Assembly (NCBI RefSeq): GCF_030028105.1
Contig: NC_092397.1
Location: 22,454,630 to 22,518,629 of the forward strand
DNA: 64,000 bases
DNA from: Mobula birostris
Lineage: Eukaryota
Direction of reading: 5' to 3'
A model generated the notes under the pieces. The model made no database searches. It saw nothing but the letters and a program-made list of their open reading frames with translations, and was not told where the DNA came from. The stretch's first letter is position 1. Each line of letters starts with the position of its first letter. Below are positions 36,898-49,787 of this stretch, piece by piece. The position numbers were made by a program, and so were the translations under genes.

Positions 36898-37854
36898 CAT
36901 GCAAGTCTCTTCTTATTGTCATTTCGACCGCAACTGCTGGTACAGTTCACAGTAAAAATGAGACAACGTTTTTCAGGACCATAGATGCTACATGAAACAA
37001 TACAAAAACTACACTGAACTACGTAAAACAACACAAAAACTACACTAGACTCCAGACCTACGCAGGACTGCATAAAGTGCACAAACCAGTGCAGACATTA
37101 CAATAAACAATAAACAAGACAATAGGTACTGTAGAGGGCAGTAGGTTGCTGTCAGTCCAGGCTCTGGGTATTGAGGAGTCTGATGGCTTGGGGGAAGAAA
37201 CTTTTACGTAGTCTGCTCGTGAGAGCCCAAATACTTTCGTGCCTTTTTCCAGATGGCAGGAGGGAGAAAAGTTTGTATGAGGAGTGCGTGGGGTCCATCA
37301 TAATGCTGTTTACTTTGCGGATGCAGCGCGTGGTGTAAATGTCTGTAATAGCGGGAAGACCGACGCCAATGATCTTCTCAGCTGACCTCACTATCCGCTG
37401 CAGGATCTTGCAATCCAGGATGGTGCAATTTCCAAACCAGGCAGTGATACAGCTGCACAGGATGATCTCAAAAAAAACCTCTGTTGAATGTGGTGAGAAT
37501 GGGGGGTGGGAGACGGACTTTTCTCTAGTCTTTGCAGAAAATAGAGATGCTGTTGGGCTTTCTTTGCTATGGAGCTGATGTTGAAGGATCAGGTGACATT
37601 CTCCGCCAGGTTAGCACCGAGAAATTTGGTGCTCTTAACGATCTCTACCAAGGAGTCGTCGATGTCCAGCTGAGAGTGAACGCTCCGTGTTCTCCTGAAG
37701 TCAACAACCATCTCTTTTGTTTTGTTCACATTCAGAGACAGGTTGTTGGCTCTGCACCAGTCCGTTAGCCGCTGCACCTCCTCTCTGTATGCTGACTCAT
37801 CGTTATTGCTCTTGAGGCCCACCACAGTCGTGTCATCGGCGAACTTGATGATGA
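36898..37854 (-). mobile_element. Rex1-like RT and 3' end, specific to copy 2
   Basis: IIKFADDTTVVGL..SAYREEVQRL; flanks rejoin to match 19091-19120. Confidence 0.9.
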
Positions 37855-38409
37855 TATTTCCCATCATCCCCACACATTCACTGCCTGCGCCACCAACTGC
37901 TACTGCTCCTGAGCCAGTCAACAACTCGAACCCTCCGCATGTGTTCTGCCGTCAATCAGGTCTATGGGTGGAGCAACGCAGCTGATGCGAATGTGTTGCA
38001 ATGACGTCACAAAACGTAAGCATACCTTCCCCGGTCCACGTTGTGAAACGTCTGTTTGGAGGATCCAGGGCTGCGGGAGAGGCAGGGCGGTTTTAAAGCC
38101 GTCCACATGGTAAGGTTCTTTCCAAAGTGTCTCAGCTGTACCTTTGCCTGTCTTCTCCAGACAGTCACACAGCCAAACTGAGAGAATCGGCATGAGTGTT
38201 GGGAAAGAGCAAGAGTTCATATCATACAACAGCCCCGGTCTAATGTGTTTGGAATGACGGATTCGGGCACCGAATGTTCGCCGAACGTTTTAAAATACAG
38301 ACGTGTTGAGGGACTACCTGGGAAAAAGGCCGCTAAACACAACGTTCCTTGATTTCGAGAAACTCTCCCGTTCCGGGCTATTTGCACACTCGAATGCCCC
38401 ACTTTCTAA

Positions 38410-39240
38410 ATGGGGTTTAATGTGCTTAAATGTGAGGTTATCCACTTTGGTGGCAAGAACAGGAAGGCAGATTGCTATGTGAATGGTGTCAAGTTAGGAA
38501 AAGGGGAAGTACAACGAGATCTAGGTGTCCTTGTTTATCAGTCACTGAAAGTAAGCATACAGGTACAGCAGGCAGTGAAGAAAGCTAATGGCATGCTGGC
38601 CTTCATAACAAGGGGATTTGAGTATAAGAGCAAAGAGGTCCTTCTGAGTTGTACAGGGCCCTGGTGAGACCACGCCTGGAATATTGTGGACAGTTTTGGT
38701 CTCCAAATTTGAGGAAGGACATTCTAGCTATTGAGGGAGTGAAGCGTAGCTTCACGAGGCTAATTCCCGGGATGGAGGGACCGTCGTATGTTGAAAGATT
38801 GGAGCGACTGGGGTTGTATACACTGGAATTTAGAAGGATAAGAGGGGATCTGATTGAAATATATAAGATTATTAAGGTATTGGACACGTTAGAGGCAGGA
38901 AACATGTTCCCGATGTTGGGGGAGTCCAGAACCAGAGGACAAAGTTTTTGAATAAGGGGTAGACAATTTAGAACGGTGTTGAGAAAAAAAAACTTTTTCA
39001 CACAGAGGTTTGTGGTTCTGTGAATGTTCTGCCTCAGAAGGCAGTGGAGGCCAATTCTCTATAATCTTTCACAAAAGAGTTAGATAGAGCTCTTAAAGAT
39101 TACGGAGTGAAGGGACGTGGGGAGAAGGCAGGAAAAAGTTACTGATTGTGGATGATCAGCCATGATCACAGCGCACGGTGGTTCTGGCTGGAGGGGCTGA
39201 GTGGCCTACTCCTGCACCTATTCCTATTGTCTGTTGTCTA
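38410..39240 (+). mobile_element. CR1 3' end, specific to copy 2
   Basis: KCEVIHFG, RPRLEYCGQFWSP, (ctattgt)n-like tail. Confidence 0.9.
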
Positions 39241-39313
39241 ATACTTCAACCCCATTTGTTTCGTTGAAAGCTTCTCTTGTATTTCCAGTTTCTATTTGAA
39301 GCAGGAAAACGGT

Positions 39314-39351
39314 CTCCCCGCCGGGGATTCGGACCACTGAAATAACGAGGA
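39314..39351 (-). pseudogene. tRNA-Asp remnant with a 34-nt internal deletion
   Basis: ctccccgccggggattcggacc|actgaaataacgagga corresponds to the two ends of the Asp gene, at the paralogous position. Confidence 0.75.
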
Positions 39352-39839
39352 ATAAACACGAGTGTGGAATCTGTCTCATGGATGTCAGGGTTAGTAGGGT
39401 TCATATTAGAGTCACTCTGGTGTTTGTTTGTTGAGAGTAGAGCTGCCGCTTTTTACCCATCCCCTTCTCACTGTGTATCAGTGGCGTATCAGGATTCTTT
39501 AGCGATTCAGTCACTTACTGTGTTCAAGAACTGGCCAAAGGAAGTGTTCACATTAGCGTCTAACTGACCGGATATGTATAATCAGGATTTATTTCTCATT
39601 TACTGATCCGCGAAGCAGGAAAGCATTCGAATCTCTCGGGTCGATTCTCCCTTCAGTCGGATCCCAGGTGCTGTGTTTCTCCGGTCTGTCGGAACGTCGC
39701 GACATCCAGTGGTCAGAATAGGAACTGCAACAGAGTGAGGAATGATCCTTCAGAAAACAGCTCAAACACTGAGAATCGAGTAACAGAATCTTATAGCACC
39801 AGAAACCATTCAGTCAATGTATCTGTTTTGCATCATGGG

Positions 39840-39911
39840 GCAATGGTGGTATAGTGGTGAGCATAGTTGCTTCCCAAGCAGTTGACCCGGGTTCGATTCC
39901 TGGCCCTTGCC
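39840..39911 (+). pseudogene. tRNA-Gly(CCC) copy 2, probably decaying
   Basis: Same body and CCC anticodon as 20271, but with an acceptor-stem mismatch, extra G-U pairs and a C discriminator. Confidence 0.8.
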
Positions 39912-40651
39912 GGGTGTACACTTTTATACTAAAAAATAACCTCTAACCGGGCACTATGAACGCAGAACTGTAATTCATGGGAAATTTGTTGTGAGTGAAA
40001 TTCACTCTAATGGCTCAGATGGATCCCTCATGTACGATGGTGGTAGTCCCTCTTGTAGGATGATCGAGGATCCCAAATTAAATGAAAAACACAGCATTAG
40101 ACCACGGAGGTCTGTTAGATTCCTGACCAAAGACACAACGCGCCTCGGAAAATCTCTCGTTCCTGTCTTCCATCGTGCAGAAGGTACACAAGCCTGAAAG
40201 CACGTATCACAGTCTCACGGATAGTTTCAGTCCCACTGTTGTGTCTATTGAATGGTTTCCCATAAGATAGGATGGACGTTTGACCTCACTGTCTACCTTG
40301 TTATGGAACTGCACTTCATTATTTACCTGCGCCGTGCTTTCTCTGTCCCTGTTACAGTTTATTCTGCATTTTGTTATTGTTTCACCTTGTTCTCTCCCAA
40401 TACAATTCAATTCAATTCCATGGAAGAGACTTCACAGTGCAGAAGTCGAATCACAAACGAGAAAATGTGCAGATGCTGGAAATCAAAGCAACACGCACAA
40501 AATGCTGGAGGAATTCAGCAGGCCAGGCTGTTTCGTGCTCATGAAGAAGGGTTGCGGCCTGAAACACCGACCGTATACTTTATTCCATAGATGCTGCTGC
40601 ACATTTTCTCTTGTATGAGAAAGAGATTTAAAAAAAAAACTGTTGATCACT

Positions 40652-40660
40652 GGCTCGAAG

Positions 40661-40692
<32 letters not shown>

Positions 40693-40713
40693 CACCGATT
40701 GCGCCACAGAGAC
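40652..40713 (-). pseudogene. tRNA-Asn(GTT) pseudogene, 3' end deleted
   Basis: Matches 23162-23223 but lacks the 3' acceptor strand; B box GGTTCGA changed to GCTTCGA. Confidence 0.9.
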
Positions 40714-40834
40714 GAGAATTCAAAGAAGTACGAATAAATGGCAGATGTCAATTGAAATGTGGTTTCTTTCTACAGATGCATAATATGACACGTTTATGTT
40801 TTGAAACACGAAGATGCATAAACGTTGTCGCCAA

Positions 40835-40906
40835 TAGCAGAGGATGGTTTCGATCAATCGACCTCTGGGTTATGGGCCCAGCACGCTTCCGCTGCGCCAC
40901 TCTGCT
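40835..40906 (-). tRNA. Initiator tRNA-Met(CAT) copy 2, one T-stem mismatch
   Basis: Full length; GATTGATCGAAACCATC instead of GATGGATCGAAACCATC; no immediate T4 terminator. Confidence 0.8.
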
Positions 40907-42108
40907 GGGGAAAATACAAAGAATTGTTGTGTGTGAATGTTGTGCTATGCTTTGTGTGTCTGTGTGTGTTTATCTCTGGGTCTGTATATGTCTGGGTCCA
41001 TTCCCTCGTTTCCCCGTATTCATACCCACTTTCTTCACTTTCTTTCGTTCATTCCCAGTTTCTCCTCTTTCTCTTTTTCTCCACCTTTCTTTCTTTCTTC
41101 CCTGCTCTCTGGTCCACCCAGTTATTATCTCTATGCCGTTTAGTCTCTATCCTTTCTTCCATCTCGTTCCCGCTATTTCACCAGTGACTATGTTTTACAT
41201 TATTTATTTTTTCAGACGGACAATTCATCCCACTTGTGAGGCTTTAAAAAAAAAAACGACGTTTCCACCCACAAGGCGGACTAAATCCCGAGGTGCCGTT
41301 AACTTCCTAATCCTGTCCCGATGATTGAATGAATGTCGGAGTTCCTTCAGTGTTGAACCAACAGTTCACATTGTGAAGCGGAACTCGCGACATTAATGTA
41401 CTGCAAGCACTTCCCTCAAATGCAACACTTCCTCCACCGGGATTAACTGTTGGTGTCATGTTCAGACCATCACGGCCGGACCAGTGAGTGACAGATAGGG
41501 AGGTGGGAACTATCGCTGATGCCCTGTAACGAGGGGCGGTTTTTCCATTTCTCCACCGAAGCTGCGTAACTGATACAGTAAGGGTTGGGTTTTAACTCCC
41601 CCACGTGGGACGGTGTAAAGACACGCTGGCAGCTGCTTATCACCTATCACCTGGCTTCTCCCTCTCTTCTCCCACGTTTCAATTCTACTCCTCATTTGAT
41701 TTCTCCAGTCCTCCTGAAGTGTCTCGGCCCAAAGCGTCGACTGTACTCCTTTCCATAAATGCTGCCTGACCTGCTGAGTTCCTCCAGCATTTTGGGTGTG
41801 TTGATCCGTGTCTTCTGTCTCACTTGCCAAACCCGTGAATCTGCTTGCTCATAACATCTTCCCAAATCTTTTGTTAAGTAGATATTCGGAGAAATGTTCT
41901 TATATTGCAAAAATAAAATTACGTTTGATTAATTCAACTAAAAGCTATTAACAGATACCAAAACGTACCACAGAAAATGGAATTTAAAGCCCTTTTTGAT
42001 TAAGCAAAGGGACCCTTTCCCTCCCAGAGGCGGACTGTTGATATGAGTTGTTTCTTTGGTCTGGGAATGAGTTTCCAAACATTAAATTGATGCTATATCT
42101 GTTCGTGA

Positions 42109-42109
<1 letters not shown>

Positions 42110-42182
<73 letters not shown>

Positions 42183-42258
42183 TACGAACACCGACACACG
42201 CACACGCATGTAAACAAACAGAGACACGCATACGCACGGGCACGTAAACAAAGAGATG

Positions 42259-42320
<62 letters not shown>
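42110..42320. repeat. Compound (CT)n(CA)n microsatellite; shorter in copy 1 at 25088-25207
   Basis: Direct reading. Confidence 0.95.
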
Positions 42321-42429
42321 AAATAAGTTAAATACTGAAAGCGCAGTGGCTGGCAAACTGAAGGAGAAAATGTGACAACACAGTGGAGATATTGAACACG
42401 AACAGGCCTGGACATTTCTCAAAGGAATA

Positions 42430-43188
42430 TCTCACAAGTGTTGGAAGGACAAACCAACGTAGAACATACAGGGTTAATGGTAAGGCACTGAGGAGTTAAG
42501 TGGAACAGAGGGATCTGGGAATCCAGATACAAAATTCCCTAAAAGGTCGTCACAGGTAGATAGGGTCGTAAAGAGAGCTTTTGGTACATTGGCCTTTATT
42601 AATCGAAGTATTGATTATAAGAGCTGGAATGAGGCCTAATCTGGAGTATTGTGTTCAGTTTTGGTCACCAAATTGCAGGAAGGATATAAATAAGGTTGAA
42701 AGAGTGCAGAGAAGGTTTACAAGGATGTTGCCGGGACTTGAGAAACTCAGTTACAGAGAAAGGTTGAATAGGTTAGGGCTTTATTCCCTTGAGCGTAGAA
42801 GAATGAGGGGAGATTTGATAGAGGTGTATAAGATTATGATGGGTATAGATAGAGTGAATGCAAACAGGCTTTTTCCACTGAGGCAAGGGGAGAAAAAAAA
42901 CAGAGGACATGGGTTAAGGGTGAGGGGGGAAAGTTTAAAGAGAACATTGGGGGGGGGCTTCTTCAGACAGAGAGTGGTGGGAGTATGGAATGAGATGCCA
43001 GACGAGGTGGTAAATGCTGGTTCTTTTTTAGTATTTAAGAATAAATTGGACAGATACATGGATGGGAGGTGTATGGAGGGATATGGTCCGTGTGCAGATC
43101 AGTGGGACTAGGCAGAAAATGGTTTGGAACAGCCAAGAAGGGCCAAAGGGCCTGTTTCTGTGCTGTAGTTTCTATGGTTTCTATGGTA
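42430..43188 (+). mobile_element. CR1 3' end, specific to copy 2
   Basis: RPNLEYCVQFWSP..ERRRMRGDLIEVYK, (tttctatgg)n tail, possible ggaat target duplication. Confidence 0.9.
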
Positions 43189-45910
43189 TGGAATTATGTT
43201 AATATTAGTTGTACGTGGACATTAATAAATACGCGATGGTCATAACCTCCTGGCAGCGTGTTATGCCTTTGGAGAGATGGCGCTCCTGTGAAAACACCAA
43301 CGGACGAAGCTCTAAAAACATTTCGAGGTAGTTAAACTATCACTGAAGTGGAGTTATGGGAGTGAGTTGCAAACTCAGCACAAGAAATGAAAGAAGTGAG
43401 AAGGGAATCTATGTGAAAAGCCGAGTGAGGGCGCAGTGCGGATGCTGAGGGATGAAGGAGAATCAGCGAGGGAAGGATGAGGGAGTAACTTTAAGTTCCT
43501 CAGTGTTATCAGTTCAGATTATCAATCCTTGGCCCGGCACATACGTTTCACTACAGAAAAGGCTCGGCAGCACCTCTACACGTCATCTAAAATGTTGACA
43601 GATTTCCATAGGTGTGCGGTGGAGAGCATATTGACTGGTGGCATGAGGACCTGGCATGGGACCAACAATGCCCTTGTACGGAAACGCTCACAAACAGTAA
43701 TGGATAGAGCCCAGTCCAGCACAGGTAAATCCCTCCCCACCGCTGAGCTCAGCTACACGGAAATCAGTATCCCGACCGTCCAGATCATACTCTCTTCTCG
43801 CTGCTGGCAATGGGAAGGAGGTAACCCATCAATAGGTCCATCACCCCTCAGCCATCAGGCTATTGAAGAAGAATGGACAACTTCATTTACCCAACACTGA
43901 ACTGTACCCACAACCCAGAGACTCACTGTCAAGACTTATCAATGTTATGTTTTCGACACTTAATGTTTATTTATTAGTATTATTTTTTTCCTTCTTGTAT
44001 TTAAGTAGTTTATGGTTTTGTTCACCTTTGTCGTTTGCTGTCTTTGTTGAGCGCGGTCTTTCATTGATTCGCCTGTGTTTCGTTCTATATACTGTGAATG
44101 CTCCTATGGTGACATGTATATACTTCAGTAATAAATTTAATTTAATCTTGCGACTTTGAAATTTAGGGAGAGGAATCTATTGGGTGAGACACGGATGCTG
44201 TTTCACACTGTTAGCGACGAGGTGGAAAGATTGGTGGAGCCCAGCAGCTTTATTCTCTGGGACAGGATTGTGACAGAGGACAGCACCGAACGGAACGCCT
44301 TATCGACGGACATAGAAGATAGGAAGGGGAGTGGGCGATACAGATCTTCCAGTTGTTTCATTTGAATGGTCATCTCTGCTTTGGAATCACCGAACCACTG
44401 TTCCAGCATTTCATATAAACGGGCTGTTGTGACCGTTATCTATATTCTCATCCAGGAGGAACCAGTCTCATCGCATCCCATTTGTTAAGACCCCTCAGGA
44501 TTTTACATCTATTCTGTAACAAGTTCTTACTGCTCTATATTCCAGAGGATACTATCCTTGTATCTTGAACTCGGCTCAGAACACAAGTTGCACACCACAG
44601 GTATTAACTTAATTTGAAAAAATAGAGCTGACGAATTTTCCCGCGATTAATAGCACCCCTTCAAACGCGAGTATTCTAAATGGTGTTCCAGGAGTTGTGT
44701 CTCTACATAATTGAAAAATATTTTTTCTACTGATGGATTCAGGTCTCCCCGCTATATACCTTGCTTGCTTAACCAAAGTTTTGGAAAATACTCTATGGTG
44801 GCCAGCAAGCATTTTGGAATTGACGTCCTCGCTCAGCTGAATCACGTTGACTGTCAGAGGGCGACAAAACCTCATCATTTCGATAAAATGCTTCCTTCTA
44901 TTTTAAACTACTATGTTGATTAACGTTACCTCCCATTTCACTGAACTTTACACACTCAGGAATATTTTGATATCTTTCTTTTTATATAGTTTTAGATTCG
45001 GTATGAAACAGGAAGGCGTATAGTCAGACAGTGAAGTGGGAATGTGGAACACATTGACAGAGCAGCCGATGCACTGTGGGGAGAAGAGGGATCGTTTGCA
45101 GTCCAGAGCTTCTGCATACTGATCCATAGTAACCATCAGTAATCAATCCCCATATTTCCTCGTGTAGGTTAAATATGTCTTTTAGATATGTTTGCATAAG
45201 CTGACACGTACGGATATATATATATATATATATATATATCTTCTGCAGCGCAGAATGGGCTACCAGCATATCATCTGTGACACCTTTGACAATTGCTATA
45301 CCACTATCACGATAGTGAGTACGTGCCAATCCACACATAGACTTTGGAAAGTCTTGGCGGTGCTTCTAGTCACAACGTATATCCAGAGACTAAAATCCGC
45401 TGCACCAGTGGTGTGGGCCAAGAAGGTACGGTCAGGGAAGGCAAAGCAGCGCTTTGAGTCGGTGGACTGGACCCTATGCAGGCACTCATCTTCGAATCTG
45501 AGCCAATACGTTACAGTTGTCAGGGACTTCTCCTCGATTAGTGCGCGTTTTCGAGAACATACCGGATATACCCAAACCAAACGCCGTGGGTGAGCCAGGA
45601 TTTTGTAGCTGCTGAAGGCTAGATGTGTGGTATTCAGAACCAGTGATCTATAGCTGTACAAGAAGCCAAGGTAAAAACAAAAGCAATTTAAGAAGGGGAG
45701 ACATATGACTGAGGCTACAAACCGAATCAGAATTAAGTCGGCTCTGGCAGAGTATGCAGAATATTACTTGCAAAAAAAGCGAAACTTAACACCGTGAATG
45801 GCTGTGATACTTTATTCCCAGAGGTACTCATCGTCTTTTATGGAACTTTTTGAAAAAGAGAATAAAACCACTCAGTGCTAATCCCTGCAGCCGCTGATGA
45901 CTCTCTGATC

Positions 45911-46478
45911 GAGAGGTAATGTTGGATCTATATACGACCCTGGTCAGGCCCCACTTGGAGTACTGTGCTCGGTTCTAGTCATCTCACTACAGGAAGGATA
46001 TGGAAACTACAGAAAGGGTGCAGAGGAGATTTATAAGGATGTTGCCTGCATTGGGGAGTATGCTTCATGAGAATAGGGTGAGTGAACACGCCTTTTATCC
46101 TTGGAGCGGCGGACGACGAGAGGTGACCTGATATAGGTGTATAAGATGATGAGATCGTGTGGATAGTCAAAGGCTTTTTTCTCAGAGCTGAAATGGCTAC
46201 CCGAGAGGACACAGGTTTAAGGTGCTGGAGAGTAGGTACAGAGGAGACGTCAGGGGTAGGTCTTTTACGCAGTGAGTGGTGAGTGCGTGGAATAGGCTGC
46301 CGGCAACGGTGGTGGAGGCCGATACGATTGGGTCTTTTAAGAGACTCCTGGATAGGTACATGGAACTTAGAAAAATAGAGGGATGGGAGTAATCTTAGGT
46401 AATTTCTAAGTAAGTACATGTTTGGCACAACATTGTGGGCCGAAGGGCCCTTACTGTGCTGTAGGTTTTCCATGTTTC
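45911..46478 (+). mobile_element. CR1 3' end, nested
   Basis: TLVRPHLEYC motif through the 3' UTR tail; same subfamily as 21260-22484. Confidence 0.85.
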
Positions 46479-46869
46479 TGTGATCTCTGTTGTAGAAGCC
46501 GATGTCAGAACATCTTCCAAAAGGACGAACACTTGCAAGCTGTCAGACCCTACTGGTGTACTTGGTAGAGATCTGAAAGCCTGTACCAATCGACCGGCCG
46601 GAGTATTGAAGAACATATTCAATGTCTCAATTCTGCAGTGGGAGTTTCCCACCTTTCAATAGGGTGATAATCTGACTACGGCCCAAGAAGTGCACTGTAA
46701 ACTGCCTCAAAGACGATCGCCCACGTCACCTACATCTGTTATGACGGGCAGCTTTAAGCGGCTAATCATGGCTGAATCAATGCACAAGAGGGACCTAGAT
46801 CTATTGCAATTTCTCTGTTGCCATAAAGGGCTTACAAAGGACGCTCTCTGATTGGCTTTTACTCGGCTC

Positions 46870-49787
46870 AAAGCGAAAAGTACCAGTTACTGGTCTTAAG
46901 GTGTTATACTTAAATGCACGCCGCATAAGGAATAAGGTGGATGATCTTGTCATACAGCTACAGATTGGCAGGTACGATATTGTGGCCATCACTGAGACGT
47001 GGCTAAAGGATGCATGTCTCTGGGAGCTGAACGTCCAAGGATACACGGTGTATCGGAAGGATAGGAAGGTAGGCAAGGGGGGAAGTGTGGCTTTATTGGT
47101 AAGAAATGATATTAAATCATTAGAAAGAGATGATATAAGATCGGAAGGTGCAGAATCTTTATCGGTTCAGCTAAGAAATTGCAGGGGTAAAAAGACCCTG
47201 ATGGCAGTTATATATAGGCCTCCAAACAGCTGCAGGGATGTGGACTACAAATTACAACAGGAAATAGAAAAGGCTTGTCAGAAGGACAGTGTTATGATAA
47301 TTGTGGGAGATTTTAACATGCGAGTGGATTGCAAAAATCAGGTGGGCACTGGATCTCAAGAGAGAGAATTTGTAGAATGTCTGCGAGATGGCTTTTTAGA
47401 ACAGCTTGTTGTTGAGCCCACTAGGGGATCGGCTGTACTGGATTGGGTATTGTGTAATGAACCGGAGGTGATTGGAGAGATTGAGGTGAAGGAACCCTTA
47501 GGAGGTAGTGATCATAACATGATTGAGTTCACTGCGAAATTTGAAAAAGAGAAGCCGAAATCTGATGTGTCGCTATTTCACTGGAGTAAAGGAAATTACA
47601 GTGGAATGAGAGAGGAACTAGCCAAAGTTGACTGGAAAGGGACACTGGCGGGAAAAACGGCAGAGCAGCAGTGGCTGGAGTTTATGTGAGAAGTGAGGAA
47701 GGTGCAAGACAGGTATATTCCAAAAAAGATAAATTTTCGAATGAGAAAAAGGATGCAACCGTGGTTGACAAGAGAAGTCAAAGCCAAGGTTAAAGCAAAG
47801 GAGAGGGCATACAAGGAAGTCGAAATTAGTGGGAAGACAGAGGATTGGGAAGTTCTTAAAACCTTACAGAAGGAAACTAAGGAGGTCATTAAGACGGAAA
47901 AGATTAACTATGAAAGGAAGCTAGCAAATAATATCAAAGAGGATACTAAAAGATTTTTCAAGTATATAAAGAGTAAAAGACAGGTGAGAATAGATATAGG
48001 ACCGATAGAAAATGATGCTGGAGAAATTGTAATGGGAGATAAGGAGATGGCAGAGGAACTGAACGAGTATTTTGCATCAGTTTTCACTGAGGAAAACATC
48101 AACAGTATACCGGACACTCAAGGGTGACAGGGAAGAGAAGTGTGCGCAGTCACAATTACGACACAGAAAGTACACAGGAAGCTGAATATTCTAAAGGTAG
48201 ATAAATCTCCTGGACCGGATGCAATGCACCCGCGTGTTCTGAAGGAAGTAGCTGTGGAGATTGCGGAGGCATTACCGATGATCTTTCAAAAGTCAATAGA
48301 TTCTGGCATGGTTCCGGAGGACTGGCAGATTGCAAATGTCACTCCGCTATTTAAGATGGGGGCAAGGAAGCAAAAAGGAAATTATAGACCTGTTAGCTTG
48401 ACATCGGTGGTTGGGAAGTTGTTGGAGTCGATTGTCAAGGATGAGGTTACAGAGTACCTGGAGGCATATGACAAGATAGGCAGAACTCAGCATGGATTCC
48501 TTAAGGAAAATAATGCCTGACAAGCCTATTACAATTTTTTGAGGAAATTACCAGTAGGCTACACAAGGGAGATGCAGTGGATGTTGTATATTTGGATTTT
48601 CAGAAGGCCTTTGACAAGGTGTCACACATGAGGCTGCTTAACAAGCCCATGGAATTACGGGGAAGTTACATACGTGGATAGAGCGTTGGTTGATTGGCAG
48701 GAAACAGAGAGTGTGAATAAAGGGATCCTATTCTGGTTGGCTGCCGGTTACCAGTGGTGTTCCAGAGGGGTTTGTGTTGAGGCCGCTTCTTTTTACATAG
48801 TACATGAACGATTTGGATTATGGAATAGATGGTTTTGTGGCTAAGTTTGCTGACGATAAGAAAATAGGTGGAGGGGCCGGTAGTGCTGAGGAAACGGAGT
48901 CTGCAGAGAGACTTGGATAGATTGGAAGAATGGGCAAAGTAGTGGTTAATGAAGTACAATGTTGGAAACTTTATGGTTATACACTTTGGCAGAAGTAATA
49001 AACGGGCAGACTATTATTTAAATGGGGAAAGAATTCAAAGTTCTGAGAAGCAACGGGACTTGGGAGTCCTCGTACAGGATACCCTTAAAGATAACCTCCA
49101 GGTTGAGTCGGTAGTGAAGAAGGCCAATGCAATGTTGGCAGTCAGTTCTAGAGGAATAGAGTATAGGAGCAATGATATGATGTTAAGGCTCTATAAGGCG
49201 CTGGTGAGACCGCAATTGGAGTACTGTGGGCAGTTTTGGTCTCCTTATTTAAGAAAGGGTGTGCTGACGTTGGAGAGAGTACAGAGAAGATTCACTAGAA
49301 TCAATCCGAGAATGAGAGGGTTAACATATGAGGAACGTTTGCCCGCTTTTGGACTGTATTCCTTGGAGTTTAGAAGAATGAGGGGAGACCTTATAGAAAC
49401 ATTTCGAACGTTGAAAGTTATGGACAAAGTGGATGTGGCAAAGTTGTTTCCCATGATGGGGGGGCGGGTCTAGTACGAGAGGGCATGACTTAAGGATTGA
49501 AGGGCGCCCATTCAGAACAGAAATGCGAAGATTTTTTTCTTAGTCAGAGGGTGGTGAATCTATGGAATTTGTTGTCACTGGCAGCGGTGGAGGCCAAGTC
49601 ATTGGGTGTATTTAAGACAGAGATTGATAGGTAACTGAGTAGCCAGGGCATCAAAGGTTATGGTGAGAAGGCGGGGGAGTGGGAGTAAATAGGAGAATGG
49701 ATCAGCTCATGACGTAATGGCGGAGCAGATCGATGGGCCGAATGGCCGTCTTCTGCTCCTTTGTCTTATGGTCTTATGGTCTTATGG
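46870..49787 (+). mobile_element. Near full-length CR1 ORF2 (APE and RT) plus 3' UTR, several stops and frameshifts
   Basis: YLNARRIRNK, IVAITETWL, YRPP, GDFN, GSDHN, NYRPVSLTSVVGK, (cttatggt)n tail. Confidence 0.95.

Larger units (their letters stand above)
36401..45170 (+). repeat. Segmental duplication, copy 2
   Basis: Collinear with 18618-27296, with its own TE insertions and loss of the segment equivalent to about 20855-22900. Confidence 0.95.

Noticed and set aside
41984-42422. Cys/Val-rich and His/Thr-rich ORFs
   Set aside because: Translations of the (CA)n microsatellite
46901-49473. Active retrotransposon or domesticated RT
   Set aside because: ORF2 is broken by several stops and frameshifts and ORF1 is absent
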